The position numbers were made by a program, and so were the translations under genes. Positions 28,230 to 37,756 of a DNA stretch of 64,000 nucleotides are shown here, piece by piece; position 1 is the stretch's first letter; every line of letters begins with the position of its first letter. This stretch comes from an uncultured Bdellovibrio sp. (GTDB lineage Bacteria; Bdellovibrionota; Bdellovibrionia; Bdellovibrionales; Bdellovibrionaceae): NCBI GenBank assembly GCA_963932905.1, contig CAWVRN010000009.1, forward strand, positions 1 through 64,000, given 5' to 3'. Under the pieces are notes generated by a model. It was not told the origin of the DNA. It ran no database searches and saw only the letters and a list, made by a program, of their open reading frames with translations.

Positions 28230-28589
28230 ATGAAAATACGTATACTCATAATCATAAGTTTTATGTTTTTACTTTCTGGGTTGGCTGCGGTGAATGCGGA
28301 CAATACAGAAGTGAACAAACGTGATCGACAGAATCAAGAAATAACGGCCGATAAACATGGGACGTCTGAGAAAGATATTAAAATATCTGCTGAACTTAGA
28401 CAGCAACTTGTAAATGATAAGTCCTTATCTGTTTACGCTCAGAACATAAAAATTATTACCGTTAATGGTGAGGTCACGCTGAAAGGACCAGTGAAATCAG
28501 TTCAAGAACAACGATCTGTAGTTTCAAAAGCTAAAAAAGTTTCAGGTGTTTCTAACGTTTTAAATAAAACAGAAGTAGTGACTCAATAA
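28230..28589 (+). CDS. BON domain protein (OsmY-like)
   Basis: ADNT..N.RDR, NIKIITVNGEVTLKGPV...GV..V.N. Confidence 0.88.
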   Translation: MKIRILIIISFMFLLSGLAAVNADNTEVNKRDRQNQEITADKHGTSEKDIKISAELRQQLVNDKSLSVYAQNIKIITVNGEVTLKGPVKSVQEQRSVVSKAKKVSGVSNVLNKTEVVTQ

Positions 28590-28609
28590 TATTAAAAGGG
28601 AGATTTTTT

Positions 28610-29200
28610 ATGCAAAAAGGTGATAAAGCAGTATTTGCGATTTTTGACAACAAAAGCAATTTAGAAAGCGGTGTCGATAGATTGAAACTAAATGGTTTTC
28701 GTCTAAGTGACATCTCGATCTTGATGCCTCAAGAATCTGGATTCCAAGAACTGAAACATGTTCGAGGGTCCAAAGCTCCTGAAGGTGCCGCTGCTGGTGC
28801 TGGAACGGGAGCTGTTCTTGGTGGTGTTTTAGGTTTGCTGGCGGGTGTGGGTTTGCTAGCCATTCCAGGCGTTGGACCGTTCATCGGTGCGGGTCCCATC
28901 ATGGCTGCATTAGCAGGTATTGGTGTGGGCAGTGCGGTGGGCGTTGTCAGCGGTGCCCTGGTAGGATTGGGTATTCCAGAATATGAAGCAAAACGCTATG
29001 AAGGCTTTGTCAAAGAAGGCGGTATTTTAATGTCAGTCCATGTGGACGACGCGCAGTGGGCTGATAAAGCTAAAAAGATTTTAGAAGCATCCGGTGCTAA
29101 AGATCTTTCCGTCACGACAGAGCTTAAAGGTGAATTTGAAACTTTAGAAGAAAGTCGGACGTATAAAGATATGGGCATTAATCCAACGCCAATAATTTAA
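28610..29200 (+). CDS. General stress membrane protein (glycine zipper; YflT/DUF3341-like)
   Basis: KAPEGAAAGAGTG..LGG, IPGVGPFI.AGP, GIPEYEAKRYE...GGILMSVH. Confidence 0.8.
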   Translation: MQKGDKAVFAIFDNKSNLESGVDRLKLNGFRLSDISILMPQESGFQELKHVRGSKAPEGAAAGAGTGAVLGGVLGLLAGVGLLAIPGVGPFIGAGPIMAALAGIGVGSAVGVVSGALVGLGIPEYEAKRYEGFVKEGGILMSVHVDDAQWADKAKKILEASGAKDLSVTTELKGEFETLEESRTYKDMGINPTPII

Positions 29201-29291
29201 CAAACAAACGTGTGGGGCAGCTACACTTTCAACAACCGTAAAGGAAAATTGAAGGAGTAGTTGCCTCACTTTATATAAATACGAGGAACAA

Positions 29292-30029
29292 ATGAAAACA
29301 CTACTAGTTATACTAGCGACAATGGCTCTGGGGTTGTCTCAGGCAGCACTGGCTCAAACAGGATATCCAAATGACATCACCTCTCCATCATCGGCCCCTG
29401 GTCAAAATCCGCCGCCGACAAACCCACCGGTGGCAGAACAATCAAGCCGTACTCAGGATAACACTCGTTATCGCTCACCAGGGGGTCTATTTCTTGAACC
29501 TATGCTAATCACCACACAAGAAGACACAACCATCAAATCGTCACAATTGCCAATCATTCAAGATGATACATCTGGTAAACAAAACGGTTATGGTGTCGGA
29601 CTTCGTTTTGGTGGTCACCTATCTGAAGTTTTCATGTTAGGTCTTGATGCTCGTTATTCTAAAAGCCAGCTTAAAGATTCTTTCTATGAAACAGCCGACA
29701 CAAATGTTTACGACGTGGCACCATTCGTAGGTGTGCAAACTCCTTACTTTGGAATTCGATTGTTAGCCGGTTACGTAGTAGCGGGCGAAAATGATCCTGC
29801 TGCCGGGATTCAAGGTTTAGATTTGAAATTTAAGGAAGCCAACGGCTGGCGAGTCGGTGCGGGTCTATACGTTGCCGCCGTTAGCGTAAACGTGGAATAC
29901 CAAGACTTAACTTACAATTCTACCGAGATTCAAAACTATGGATTGATCAACAGATCGGGTGGCACAACTTCAGTTGATGCAAATAACCGTGGTTATTCCG
30001 TCAGTCTAAGTTTCCCCGTGGAACTTTAG
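29292..30029 (+). CDS. Outer-membrane beta-barrel protein
   Basis: Signal peptide, Pro-rich linker, GGLFLEP start of barrel, C-terminal SLSFPVEL. Confidence 0.7.
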   Translation: MKTLLVILATMALGLSQAALAQTGYPNDITSPSSAPGQNPPPTNPPVAEQSSRTQDNTRYRSPGGLFLEPMLITTQEDTTIKSSQLPIIQDDTSGKQNGYGVGLRFGGHLSEVFMLGLDARYSKSQLKDSFYETADTNVYDVAPFVGVQTPYFGIRLLAGYVVAGENDPAAGIQGLDLKFKEANGWRVGAGLYVAAVSVNVEYQDLTYNSTEIQNYGLINRSGGTTSVDANNRGYSVSLSFPVEL

Positions 30030-30117
30030 TGTTGAAAGTGTATTGCTGATCTGCTTGTCACAGTTGAAAAAGGTAAAAAAGACTATTTTAAACAATAACG
30101 GATTATGAAGGTGATTT

Positions 30118-30672
30118 ATGAAAAAAACGCTAATGACAATAGCTTCAACTGCAGTTCTAACATTTACCGGTTATGCGATGGCACAATCGGCACAAACGTC
30201 CACGCTGCCTGCGCCAAAGCCAGTGACTCAACTATCAGAATTTAAACCTCATGTTGGTGTCTTGCTTGGAGCTGCACAGCCAGAAGGCAGCGGTATCACC
30301 GCTTCGGAAATAGCAATAGATATTGGCTATCAACCTTACATTCCGTTTGGTATCGCCGCTGAGTTTAATCATGCTCGCATTGATGATGGCATTGAGGCTC
30401 AAGATAGAAATACTTTGTGGTTAAAAGGTTCCTATAATTTCGGAGGGACTACACCGGTAATCAAAAATAGTTACTTGGGTCTGGGAGTTGGTTCGGTATT
30501 TAAACCAGACGGTACTTCATTGGCCATAGCCCCAATTTTAGGTTTCGACATTCCTGTGGCTCGCACGACGGAAGGTGTATTTTCGTTGGGTGCCAGTGCT
30601 CGTTATGCGATTGTTGGCGACGACGAAGTGGATACGTTCACTTTAGGCGGCGTGGTAAAATATTGGTACTAA
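30118..30672 (+). CDS. Small outer-membrane beta-barrel protein
   Basis: Signal peptide, amphipathic strands, C-terminal VVKYWY beta signal. Confidence 0.72.
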   Translation: MKKTLMTIASTAVLTFTGYAMAQSAQTSTLPAPKPVTQLSEFKPHVGVLLGAAQPEGSGITASEIAIDIGYQPYIPFGIAAEFNHARIDDGIEAQDRNTLWLKGSYNFGGTTPVIKNSYLGLGVGSVFKPDGTSLAIAPILGFDIPVARTTEGVFSLGASARYAIVGDDEVDTFTLGGVVKYWY

Positions 30673-30746
30673 ATTATAGTTTAAAAACGGTGGCTAGAAT
30701 TGAATCTGGTCGCCTATTAAATTGAAACTTTTTTAAGGAGGTTCAA

Positions 30747-30932
30747 ATGTTACGTGCAGCAATTATATTTTTCGTTCTTGCGCTGTTGGGAATTCTATTC
30801 GGCGCAACTGGTTTCGCGGGTATTTCTATGGACATTGGTAAAGCGTTGCTTGGTGTATTCTTAGTACTAGCCGTTATCAGTTTTGTGGTTTCTCTTCTTT
30901 CTGGGAAACGTTCCTCTGGGACCCTGCCGTAG
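30747..30932 (+). CDS. DUF1328 (YtjA-like) small membrane protein
   Basis: MLRAAIIFFVLAL...FG..GFAG.S..IGK; AAGGAGG RBS. Confidence 0.88.
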   Translation: MLRAAIIFFVLALLGILFGATGFAGISMDIGKALLGVFLVLAVISFVVSLLSGKRSSGTLP

Positions 30933-30987
30933 TCAGATAGGGCCGAATTACTTTTTAAAAAAAATAATAACTAACAAGGAGTTTATT

Positions 30988-31515
30988 ATGAAAATGTTTA
31001 CACCAATTTTAGTAGCTATTGCGTTTGCAGCATCTGCACATGCCTGGACAACGACACAAGATGCCGCTGACCGGTTAGGCGCTGCCCAAGTTAAAGAGGT
31101 CAGCTTTGATAAAAATTCTGACAAACTGAGTGATGCCCAAAAAGCAGAAATCAGAGCCGCTATTCAAGAAGCGGCTCAGAAAGGTAAAATCGACGAAGTT
31201 AAAATTCTAGCTTGGTCAGATAAAGAATATCCATCTGAAAATGGTAAACAATCTAAAGAAGAAGTAGGTTTAGCTAAAAACCGCATTAAATACCTTAAGT
31301 CTTTCCTCAAAGAAGAACTGAAAGTCAAAAGTGTAGACACTCACAATATGGCTGAGCGTCCAAATTCACTTGAAAAATTGTTTAACACGTCGGATGCCAA
31401 AGTAAAAAACACAGCCGAAGCTTCGGGAGCCGCTCCAACTGCTGGCAACACAGGAATCTTTGACCTTAAAGCGCAGGCTTCTAAGGGTGTTGTGATGGTA
31501 TTCTTGAAAAAATAA
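30988..31515 (+). CDS. Secreted hypothetical protein with OmpA-C-like start
   Basis: Signal peptide ASAHA; VSFDKNSDKLS...AWSD.EYP; AAGGAG RBS. Confidence 0.7.
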   Translation: MKMFTPILVAIAFAASAHAWTTTQDAADRLGAAQVKEVSFDKNSDKLSDAQKAEIRAAIQEAAQKGKIDEVKILAWSDKEYPSENGKQSKEEVGLAKNRIKYLKSFLKEELKVKSVDTHNMAERPNSLEKLFNTSDAKVKNTAEASGAAPTAGNTGIFDLKAQASKGVVMVFLKK

Positions 31516-31543
31516 CTATCGTTTCAGATTAGATCAATCCATT

Positions 31544-31575
31544 CAAAAGGCTGGCTCACAAGAGCCAGCCTTTTG
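31544..31575 (+). terminator. Terminator closing the stress cluster
   Basis: CAAAAGGCTGGCTC-acaa-GAGCCAGCCTTTTG. Confidence 0.8.
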
Positions 31576-31696
31576 TCGTTTCGGCCCCAGTTCGGATCGT
31601 TCATCAGTCCTGAAGCTCGCCAAATCATGAAGTATTTTTGATAAAGTTACGCTAAGAAAACTCCGATCGTTAACCGCTAACAAAAAGGGGTTTTTC

Positions 31697-33331
31697 ATGA
31701 AGCGACGTTTGCAATACGGTGCCGGTGTATTCATAGTAGCAGCCATGTTCATGGTTGGAATCGGACTTAATTATAAAAGTCCAAAAACAGGTGCGGGTAA
31801 TTTTTCATCTGAGTTAACGACATCAAAGCAGATCAACATTGCTGATAAAGTAGAAAGTATCAAAAGTGTATTTTCAGATAGATCACTACTTTCCTATGAA
31901 AAATGTTCGACGGAGCTAAATAAAGTCTACGACGATTTAAATTCTATTCAAATTGAACAATTCAATTTGGCCGAGTTAAAACGTACCGCTCCGTCGGTGA
32001 TCAAGCAGCTTTTTGATTTGCGAATTTATATCCGCGAAAATTTTCAAGCCGCTTATTTCGAAAATCCAAAAATTTCAGCTGAATGTGCATTTTCCCACCG
32101 TCGTGTATTTCGTGCCATTCGTGTGCTGGAGGATTACATTGGTATGCTAGCCGAAAACGTAATCAGCGCGAAAGGCCTGACTGTACGTACGGATGAAAAA
32201 TTCTATCGTGTGTTTGAAGGTAACGAGATGAATTTTATGTGGAATGATAAATACAAACCGGCGGATCCATTAAAATATGAACCGCAATCGGGTGACGTGG
32301 TTCTTTCACGTGGTTCAGCGTCGGTGTCGGCGGCTATTGCGCGTATTACCGATGAAGACTCTAATTTCTCGCATGCAGGTATTATTTATGTAGATCCAGT
32401 GAGCAAGAAAATCGAAACGGTAGAGGCCCACATTGAGTTCGGTACTTTGGTGGCTGATATCGCAGACTATAAAGATATGAAAGTTCGTTCGGTTGTATTC
32501 CGTTTGAAGCGCCCAGGCGCAACGGATAAACAAAATGCAGAAGCAGCTCATGAAGCGGCTACGAAAGTACGTGCCGAAGTTTTGAAATACAAAGCGGCTT
32601 ATGGAAAATCAAAGTATCCAAACCCATGTTATGATTTTGGAATGAGAATCGACAATCCTACGAACATCGTACCTTCTAACGATTTAAAAACTCGTAAGTG
32701 TATTTTTTGCTCGGAAGTGGTGTCATTAGCGTATTCGTTGTTAACTAAAGACAGATACAATTTGCCGACTTACAAATCGCCAATCAATCCAAAAAACAGA
32801 AAGTTCTTAAATGATATCGGCGTGGAAGTGAAAGAAACGTTTGCACCAGCTGATATGGAGATCGAACCGTATTTCGATATGGTTTTAGAATGGAGAGATT
32901 ATATCCGCGTTCACAAAAGTCATGTTATGGATTCTATTTTGACAAGTATGTATGCTTGGATGGATGACTATGATTATCAATTTTACGTACCGTTAGTTGA
33001 TAAACTTAAATCCAACATTGCCTTTACTGGTCGTCGTATTCCTTTCTTTGACCGCATGACGGGTCTAGATGAAAAGTTTCCTTTAAATATGAGTAAGAAC
33101 GCATTGTACGCGATGTTGATGCTGGATGAAGTCTCGAATCAATTAGCGGCCTTTATTTCTGATGGCGAGAAAGCAAACAATGTTACTTACACACCAGCTC
33201 AAATGAACGACGCCTTAAATGCTTGGCGCAAACATGATGCTGATGATTATAAAAAGGGCACTAACTACAATACTGGAAATGATCCAGCGAAAGCTCATCG
33301 GTTCCATCATTTGTTACGTCCTAAAAAATAA
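31697..33331 (+). CDS. YiiX/YebB-like permuted NlpC/P60 cysteine hydrolase
   Basis: QSGDVVLSRG, FSHAGII, YDF, FCSEVV and PAD motifs; N-terminal anchor. Confidence 0.82.
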   Translation: MKRRLQYGAGVFIVAAMFMVGIGLNYKSPKTGAGNFSSELTTSKQINIADKVESIKSVFSDRSLLSYEKCSTELNKVYDDLNSIQIEQFNLAELKRTAPSVIKQLFDLRIYIRENFQAAYFENPKISAECAFSHRRVFRAIRVLEDYIGMLAENVISAKGLTVRTDEKFYRVFEGNEMNFMWNDKYKPADPLKYEPQSGDVVLSRGSASVSAAIARITDEDSNFSHAGIIYVDPVSKKIETVEAHIEFGTLVADIADYKDMKVRSVVFRLKRPGATDKQNAEAAHEAATKVRAEVLKYKAAYGKSKYPNPCYDFGMRIDNPTNIVPSNDLKTRKCIFCSEVVSLAYSLLTKDRYNLPTYKSPINPKNRKFLNDIGVEVKETFAPADMEIEPYFDMVLEWRDYIRVHKSHVMDSILTSMYAWMDDYDYQFYVPLVDKLKSNIAFTGRRIPFFDRMTGLDEKFPLNMSKNALYAMLMLDEVSNQLAAFISDGEKANNVTYTPAQMNDALNAWRKHDADDYKKGTNYNTGNDPAKAHRFHHLLRPKK

Positions 33332-33354
33332 TAAGATCAGTATTTATTGATTTA

Positions 33355-33397
33355 AAACTAAAAAGCCCAAATGTTTATCATTTGGGCTTTTTAGTTT
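33355..33397. terminator. Bidirectional terminator between convergent genes
   Basis: AAACTAAAAAGCCCAAATG / CATTTGGGCTTTTTAGTTT. Confidence 0.85.
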
Positions 33398-33433
33398 CTA
33401 ATTCATCTGTTTTAAGTTCAGGCTAACTAGCGC

Positions 33434-34111
33434 CTACGGTGCGTTTGCATCTAAAGTACGTACGTATTGACGTAAAGGAGATGGAGCGTAGCTACCGTCA
33501 GTAGTTAACAACTGACGAGGAACTGATTTGCGGTTGTACATGATTGCATTTGCATCATGATCGATCGCTAGAGCAGCGCCTTCGATTGTTAAACCGGCAA
33601 ATAAACCGCGTGAACGAGAGTAGCTGTAGACTTCGCTTTTTAATTGATAGTCAGTGTTAGCTTTGGCTTCGCGGCCTATTGGACCAACCGATACTGAAGC
33701 GTCGCCGCCCAATGTGAAGTTGTTTACGCTTAAACGATCAACTGCATTTGGGTTAACAAATACAAGGATCATATCTACAGCCGAGATACCAACTTGTAGA
33801 CCCCAGTTACCACCAGCGATTCTTACGAATGATGGTTGGCTCCAACCTTTTTCAACGCGGCAAGATACAAGACCTTGACCAATACGTGCACCAAATACAA
33901 ATCCACCACGGATGACATCTGGTAATACAGCGATACAAACGGCTCTATCTAGTAGATCAATTGGGATGGCTCTATCTTGAATTTTCATCACTTCGTCCAA
34001 AACTTGTGATGCACGAACTGTCTTTTGCATTAGACCATTTTCTGTTGTTGCCGCGAAACCAGCAGTTGGAATCACCGCAGCGATTACTAATGCTAATAAA
34101 CTTTTTCTCAT
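33434..34111 (-). CDS. Lipid-binding SYLF/Ysc84 domain protein
   Basis: GGFVFGARIGQG...WS.PSF...GLQVG...LGGDASV.VGP.GR...YSRSRGLFAG. Confidence 0.9.
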   Translation of the reverse strand: MRKSLLALVIAAVIPTAGFAATTENGLMQKTVRASQVLDEVMKIQDRAIPIDLLDRAVCIAVLPDVIRGGFVFGARIGQGLVSCRVEKGWSQPSFVRIAGGNWGLQVGISAVDMILVFVNPNAVDRLSVNNFTLGGDASVSVGPIGREAKANTDYQLKSEVYSYSRSRGLFAGLTIEGAALAIDHDANAIMYNRKSVPRQLLTTDGSYAPSPLRQYVRTLDANAP

Positions 34112-34170
34112 GACTATCTCCTTTTTGTTTTTATGTTTTCTTCAAACATGTTGAGTCAAAACGGTATCAA

Positions 34171-34186
34171 AGCAAAATGATGGCCA
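34171..34186 (-). promoter_or_regulatory. Sigma-54 promoter of the SYLF gene
   Basis: Minus strand TGGCCATCATTTTGCT (GG-N10-GC), 60 nt before the start. Confidence 0.72.
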
Positions 34187-34363
34187 GGAAAAAAATTCGA
34201 TGTAAGTTCGCTAGAGGTGCTTATCCTATCTATTAAAATTTTGTGAGTTGAAAAATATCCTGAGTCATCCGTTTTAGCCCCGCGACCGTTAGGGAAAATT
34301 TGTACAATAGCATTCATCATAAAATTGAAATCTATTTCACTGTGACACCAGCGACGCAGATGT

Positions 34364-34379
34364 GGGCGTAGTTATTGCA
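34364..34379 (+). promoter_or_regulatory. Sigma-54 promoter of the DUF883 gene
   Basis: GGGCGTAGTTATTGCA (GG-N10-GC), about 80 nt before the start. Confidence 0.62.
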
Positions 34380-34460
34380 ATCACAGTTTGAAGAGATGGC
34401 AATCGCCAAATTTTTTTAAGAGTCGGCTAGCGCCAAACAAACAACACAAGGAGACAGAAG

Positions 34461-34742
34461 ATGGCTAACGTAACAACTGAGACATTTAATAAAGTAGACA
34501 AAGTAGCTCATAACATGAAAGATAAAGTGGCAAATGGTGAAGACCAATTGACACAAATGACGTATGATGCGGGCAAAAAAGTAGGAGCTATTGCTTCTGA
34601 GTTTGCTCATTCAACTTTAGACTATGCTAAAAATGGTCGTGAATTCGTAAAAGAAAATCCAGGTAAAGGTATTGCAATCGCTGCCGGCGTTGGCTTACTG
34701 GCTGGCAGCTTATTAACGATGGCCATGCGTCGTCGTCACTAG
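34461..34742 (+). CDS. DUF883/YqjD-ElaB family tail-anchored protein
   Basis: FVKENPGKGIAIAAGVGLLAG...RRR C-terminus. Confidence 0.85.
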   Translation: MANVTTETFNKVDKVAHNMKDKVANGEDQLTQMTYDAGKKVGAIASEFAHSTLDYAKNGREFVKENPGKGIAIAAGVGLLAGSLLTMAMRRRH

Positions 34743-34753
34743 ATATTAATTCT

Positions 34754-34792
34754 AAGAGGTCAGGGGTGATAAATCCCTGGCCTCTTTTTTTT
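34754..34792 (+). terminator. Terminator after the DUF883 gene
   Basis: AAGAGGTCAGGGG / TCCCTGGCCTCTT plus T run. Confidence 0.7.
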
Positions 34793-34808
34793 GGAGGAGG
34801 GAATCCAA

Positions 34809-35162
34809 ATGATTAAGTCATTTCTAGAAGAAGAAGCACAAGGTATCGTGATTAAATTTTGTTTGGCGATGGTGTGCTTGTCGGTTTTAATTTTTTCTTT
34901 ATTTCAATTAGGTTATGCTTTTCAAACGTGGGTGGCTCAATATAAAGATGCGTTCCAAATGTCATGCGTGATGTTCTCGTCAACCTTGTTGTTAAGCTTG
35001 CTTGGTATGTACTTCCTTTTCAGCAAGCGTACACCCGAAGTTGACGAAAACGGCATTGTCGATGTTCATCACCCATTAATGGGTATGAGCCTTCAAGAGA
35101 AAGGTTTCACATTTGTTCGCGGGCTCATTGATGGGCTCGTAAACGGTCGCAGTACTCAGTAA
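34809..35162 (+). CDS. Two-TM hypothetical membrane protein (YqjE-like position)
   Basis: Two hydrophobic segments; GGAGG RBS; follows DUF883. Confidence 0.65.
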   Translation: MIKSFLEEEAQGIVIKFCLAMVCLSVLIFSLFQLGYAFQTWVAQYKDAFQMSCVMFSSTLLLSLLGMYFLFSKRTPEVDENGIVDVHHPLMGMSLQEKGFTFVRGLIDGLVNGRSTQ

Positions 35163-35193
35163 ATCTGGTCACAAATTTGCCTGGTTTATCGCT

Positions 35194-36480
35194 ATGCTGA
35201 ATTGTAGAGCGTGGATTGTGCTTCAGATATTGCTGTTTTCGTTTTGGGCGGGTGCCGACTCGCTGTCTTGCGGTAGTTTTTACAGACTTGTAAAGCCGGT
35301 TTTGTCCTATGGATTAGAGATCGAATTTACGGCCAGCCGCCATCCTGAATTATTAAACGATTATCGACCTTACCACACGTCAGAAAAAAAGTGGCTTTCG
35401 TTTCCTATGGAAAAACGGATGCAGATCGTGGAAAGCCAGGTGACTAAAGACCGTGTGAATACATTAGTTCGCATGTCGATGGCCCCTGCCTGGGCACCTG
35501 AATTTATGGATAGAGAAGGCCACGGGACGTTTGAAGCTAATTCGATGATTTTTTCGGACTTGTTCGCTCTTAAACAAGGACTGAGTCGAATGGGACGACG
35601 TTACGGCAAAGGTTCAGCTCAAGTGCACGTGGTTTTTGATCGCAATGAAGTAAAGGCTTCGCACACGGGTTTTATTACTTTCTCTGCCGATCGCGCGCAA
35701 CTGCGAAACTTAGTTTTGGGATATGGTAAATACCAACAAGATAAATCTAAAATTCCGGCCGCCAATATCATGCATTATGTGTTAGGTCCCATGACGGCCT
35801 CTGGTGAAGAAGCCACTGCGACGTTAGATAGGAAAATAGCAAAAGGAGAATATTTGTCCGACGATACAGGGGGTAAGTATTATTTGTCTACCGTATTGCG
35901 TGCAGGCGTCTATGGCAAGGACAGTGATTTGGTGGGCTATGAATTAAGGCAGTTCAACTTTGATCACGAAGGACTAGTTCAAGAAGTCGAGCATGTGAGC
36001 CATGTGATTCAGAATAAAAAAATTGATCGTTTCAATCGTTTTGCTGGTTCTATAGAAACTAAGGAAGTTATTTGGGCGCGCATCGCTGATGAATATGGAT
36101 CGGCCGCCCTTCGCTGGAAAGAAAAACTAAATGTGATCACGCCGAAAGATTCAAACTTGATGCTGGCCATATTGTTTTTCATGCGAGATTGGAAGAAGCA
36201 TCCTATTATTGAAACGCTTCCAGGCGATCAGAAAATAAAAATGCGAACACGGTTGATCGAATTGCAAGGAAATCTTCTACTAGATCTAAATGCGATAATG
36301 GATAGACCTGATCTTAGATCTAAAGAGAAACTATATTTTGTACGTATTGCCGTCGCTAAATGGGCCAGCGATACCGGGTTGTTATACGCCTTTGATGACT
36401 TTGAACAGTCCGTATCACCTGAGTTTTTTGACCTCCAGCCTCATTTATTGCGAGTTGGTAATTCTCTCCCTGAAAAATAG
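35194..36480 (+). CDS. Hypothetical exported protein with amidoligase/COOH-NH2 ligase-like motifs
   Basis: YGLEIEF...FEANS...QVHVVF...YELR; signal-like N-terminus. Confidence 0.55.
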   Translation: MLNCRAWIVLQILLFSFWAGADSLSCGSFYRLVKPVLSYGLEIEFTASRHPELLNDYRPYHTSEKKWLSFPMEKRMQIVESQVTKDRVNTLVRMSMAPAWAPEFMDREGHGTFEANSMIFSDLFALKQGLSRMGRRYGKGSAQVHVVFDRNEVKASHTGFITFSADRAQLRNLVLGYGKYQQDKSKIPAANIMHYVLGPMTASGEEATATLDRKIAKGEYLSDDTGGKYYLSTVLRAGVYGKDSDLVGYELRQFNFDHEGLVQEVEHVSHVIQNKKIDRFNRFAGSIETKEVIWARIADEYGSAALRWKEKLNVITPKDSNLMLAILFFMRDWKKHPIIETLPGDQKIKMRTRLIELQGNLLLDLNAIMDRPDLRSKEKLYFVRIAVAKWASDTGLLYAFDDFEQSVSPEFFDLQPHLLRVGNSLPEK

Positions 36481-36597
36481 TAAATTCAGGTGACCGTTTT
36501 TGGTAAAAGATTTCATGGCGACCAAAAAAAATCCTTATGAATAAAATAATCTGGTAAAACCTTGGTATTCAAAAAAAACAATAAAGGGTGTGGTTAT

Positions 36598-37731
36598 ATG
36601 AAATTTGTCGTTTTATGTGTATTAGCTTTGGCTATGCTTCAAGGTTGTAACAAGGGTGATGACAATCAAGACTCCAGCGGCGCGTGTAAGCAAGAATATA
36701 TTGATGCCTGGAATGCGGTAGGATTAGCTAAAATTTATTCTACTTCGACTGAAAAATCGAATGCTTGTGCGACTTTGAAAAACAAAGGCGGCGTTAGTTG
36801 TAAGGCCAGCGTAACCACAACTGGTGTTGGTAGCAAAACAGAAGAGCGTAATATTTCCTATGCTGATCACAAAGAGTTTTGTGAAGGTTCTAGCAGCACG
36901 ACTCCAAGCACGCCGTCGACCGATAATTACAACGGATACAATGGTGGATATGAATCGACGCCAAGATCTAAATACTCTTCGTCTTATGGAGGTGCTTGTA
37001 GTCAAGGTTTCATAGATTTGTATAATGATTTAGTAGTGAAAAGAGGAAAAATACTAGGTGCTTATTCGAACGAAACTAAGTTAGCCGCCTATGTAGATTT
37101 GCTTCCTAAATGTGCCGATAAAAAAATTGCTGAAGCGGAAACATCATCTTGTTTAGCTTCTATGTACGACTCTTATTCATATTCAAACACTACTAAGAGG
37201 ATTTATCTTTCAGAGTTCACGACAGCATGTAAGCTAGCAGAAGAGTCGGTTGCTGAAGCTAAGCAAATTGAATTGGCCCGCTCTGTTCGCGTTCTTTCAA
37301 AAGTTGAAACTGTCGAAGGCAATATTGAAAACATGGTTGAGTTAAAAAAATTCAACTCAGTTGGCGGTGCTACGTACCTAGTTGATGGTAAATGGTTAAA
37401 ACAAGAACAAATGAAAGCTAGATTAGCGACGTTAGCTGAAGATCAAACAGTGTGTAATGTGACGACGACGGCTGTTAATGTGCCTGCTACAACATTGTTC
37501 AGAGCCTTAGATGTTAAGGTGTCTAAAGACACTATTAAAATCGCAGCCAAAGAACAAACTCCCGAACTTTCTGCTGACTTGAATAGAGTTGAAATGACTT
37601 TGGTAACAGCAAAAACGGCGGAAGTTACCGTTAAAGTTCGTTGTTTCAAGAAAACTGAAATCACTATAGATGATATTCAGACCGCTTTGAAAAACACGTT
37701 GAAATTAGACGCTGTTAAGACACGAGAGTAG
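36598..37731 (+). CDS. Cys-rich lipoprotein with duplicated module
   Basis: Lipobox LQGC; GACKQEYIDAWN and GACSQGFIDLYN; Ser/Thr/Tyr linker. Confidence 0.75.
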   Translation: MKFVVLCVLALAMLQGCNKGDDNQDSSGACKQEYIDAWNAVGLAKIYSTSTEKSNACATLKNKGGVSCKASVTTTGVGSKTEERNISYADHKEFCEGSSSTTPSTPSTDNYNGYNGGYESTPRSKYSSSYGGACSQGFIDLYNDLVVKRGKILGAYSNETKLAAYVDLLPKCADKKIAEAETSSCLASMYDSYSYSNTTKRIYLSEFTTACKLAEESVAEAKQIELARSVRVLSKVETVEGNIENMVELKKFNSVGGATYLVDGKWLKQEQMKARLATLAEDQTVCNVTTTAVNVPATTLFRALDVKVSKDTIKIAAKEQTPELSADLNRVEMTLVTAKTAEVTVKVRCFKKTEITIDDIQTALKNTLKLDAVKTRE

Positions 37732-37756
37732 TTTTTTTGTAATATGCTTGTTCGCG

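Noticed and set aside
34152..34267. Two TGAGTCA words between the divergent sigma-54 promoters
   Set aside because: A 7-mer, with one copy downstream of the predicted start site; could be chance.
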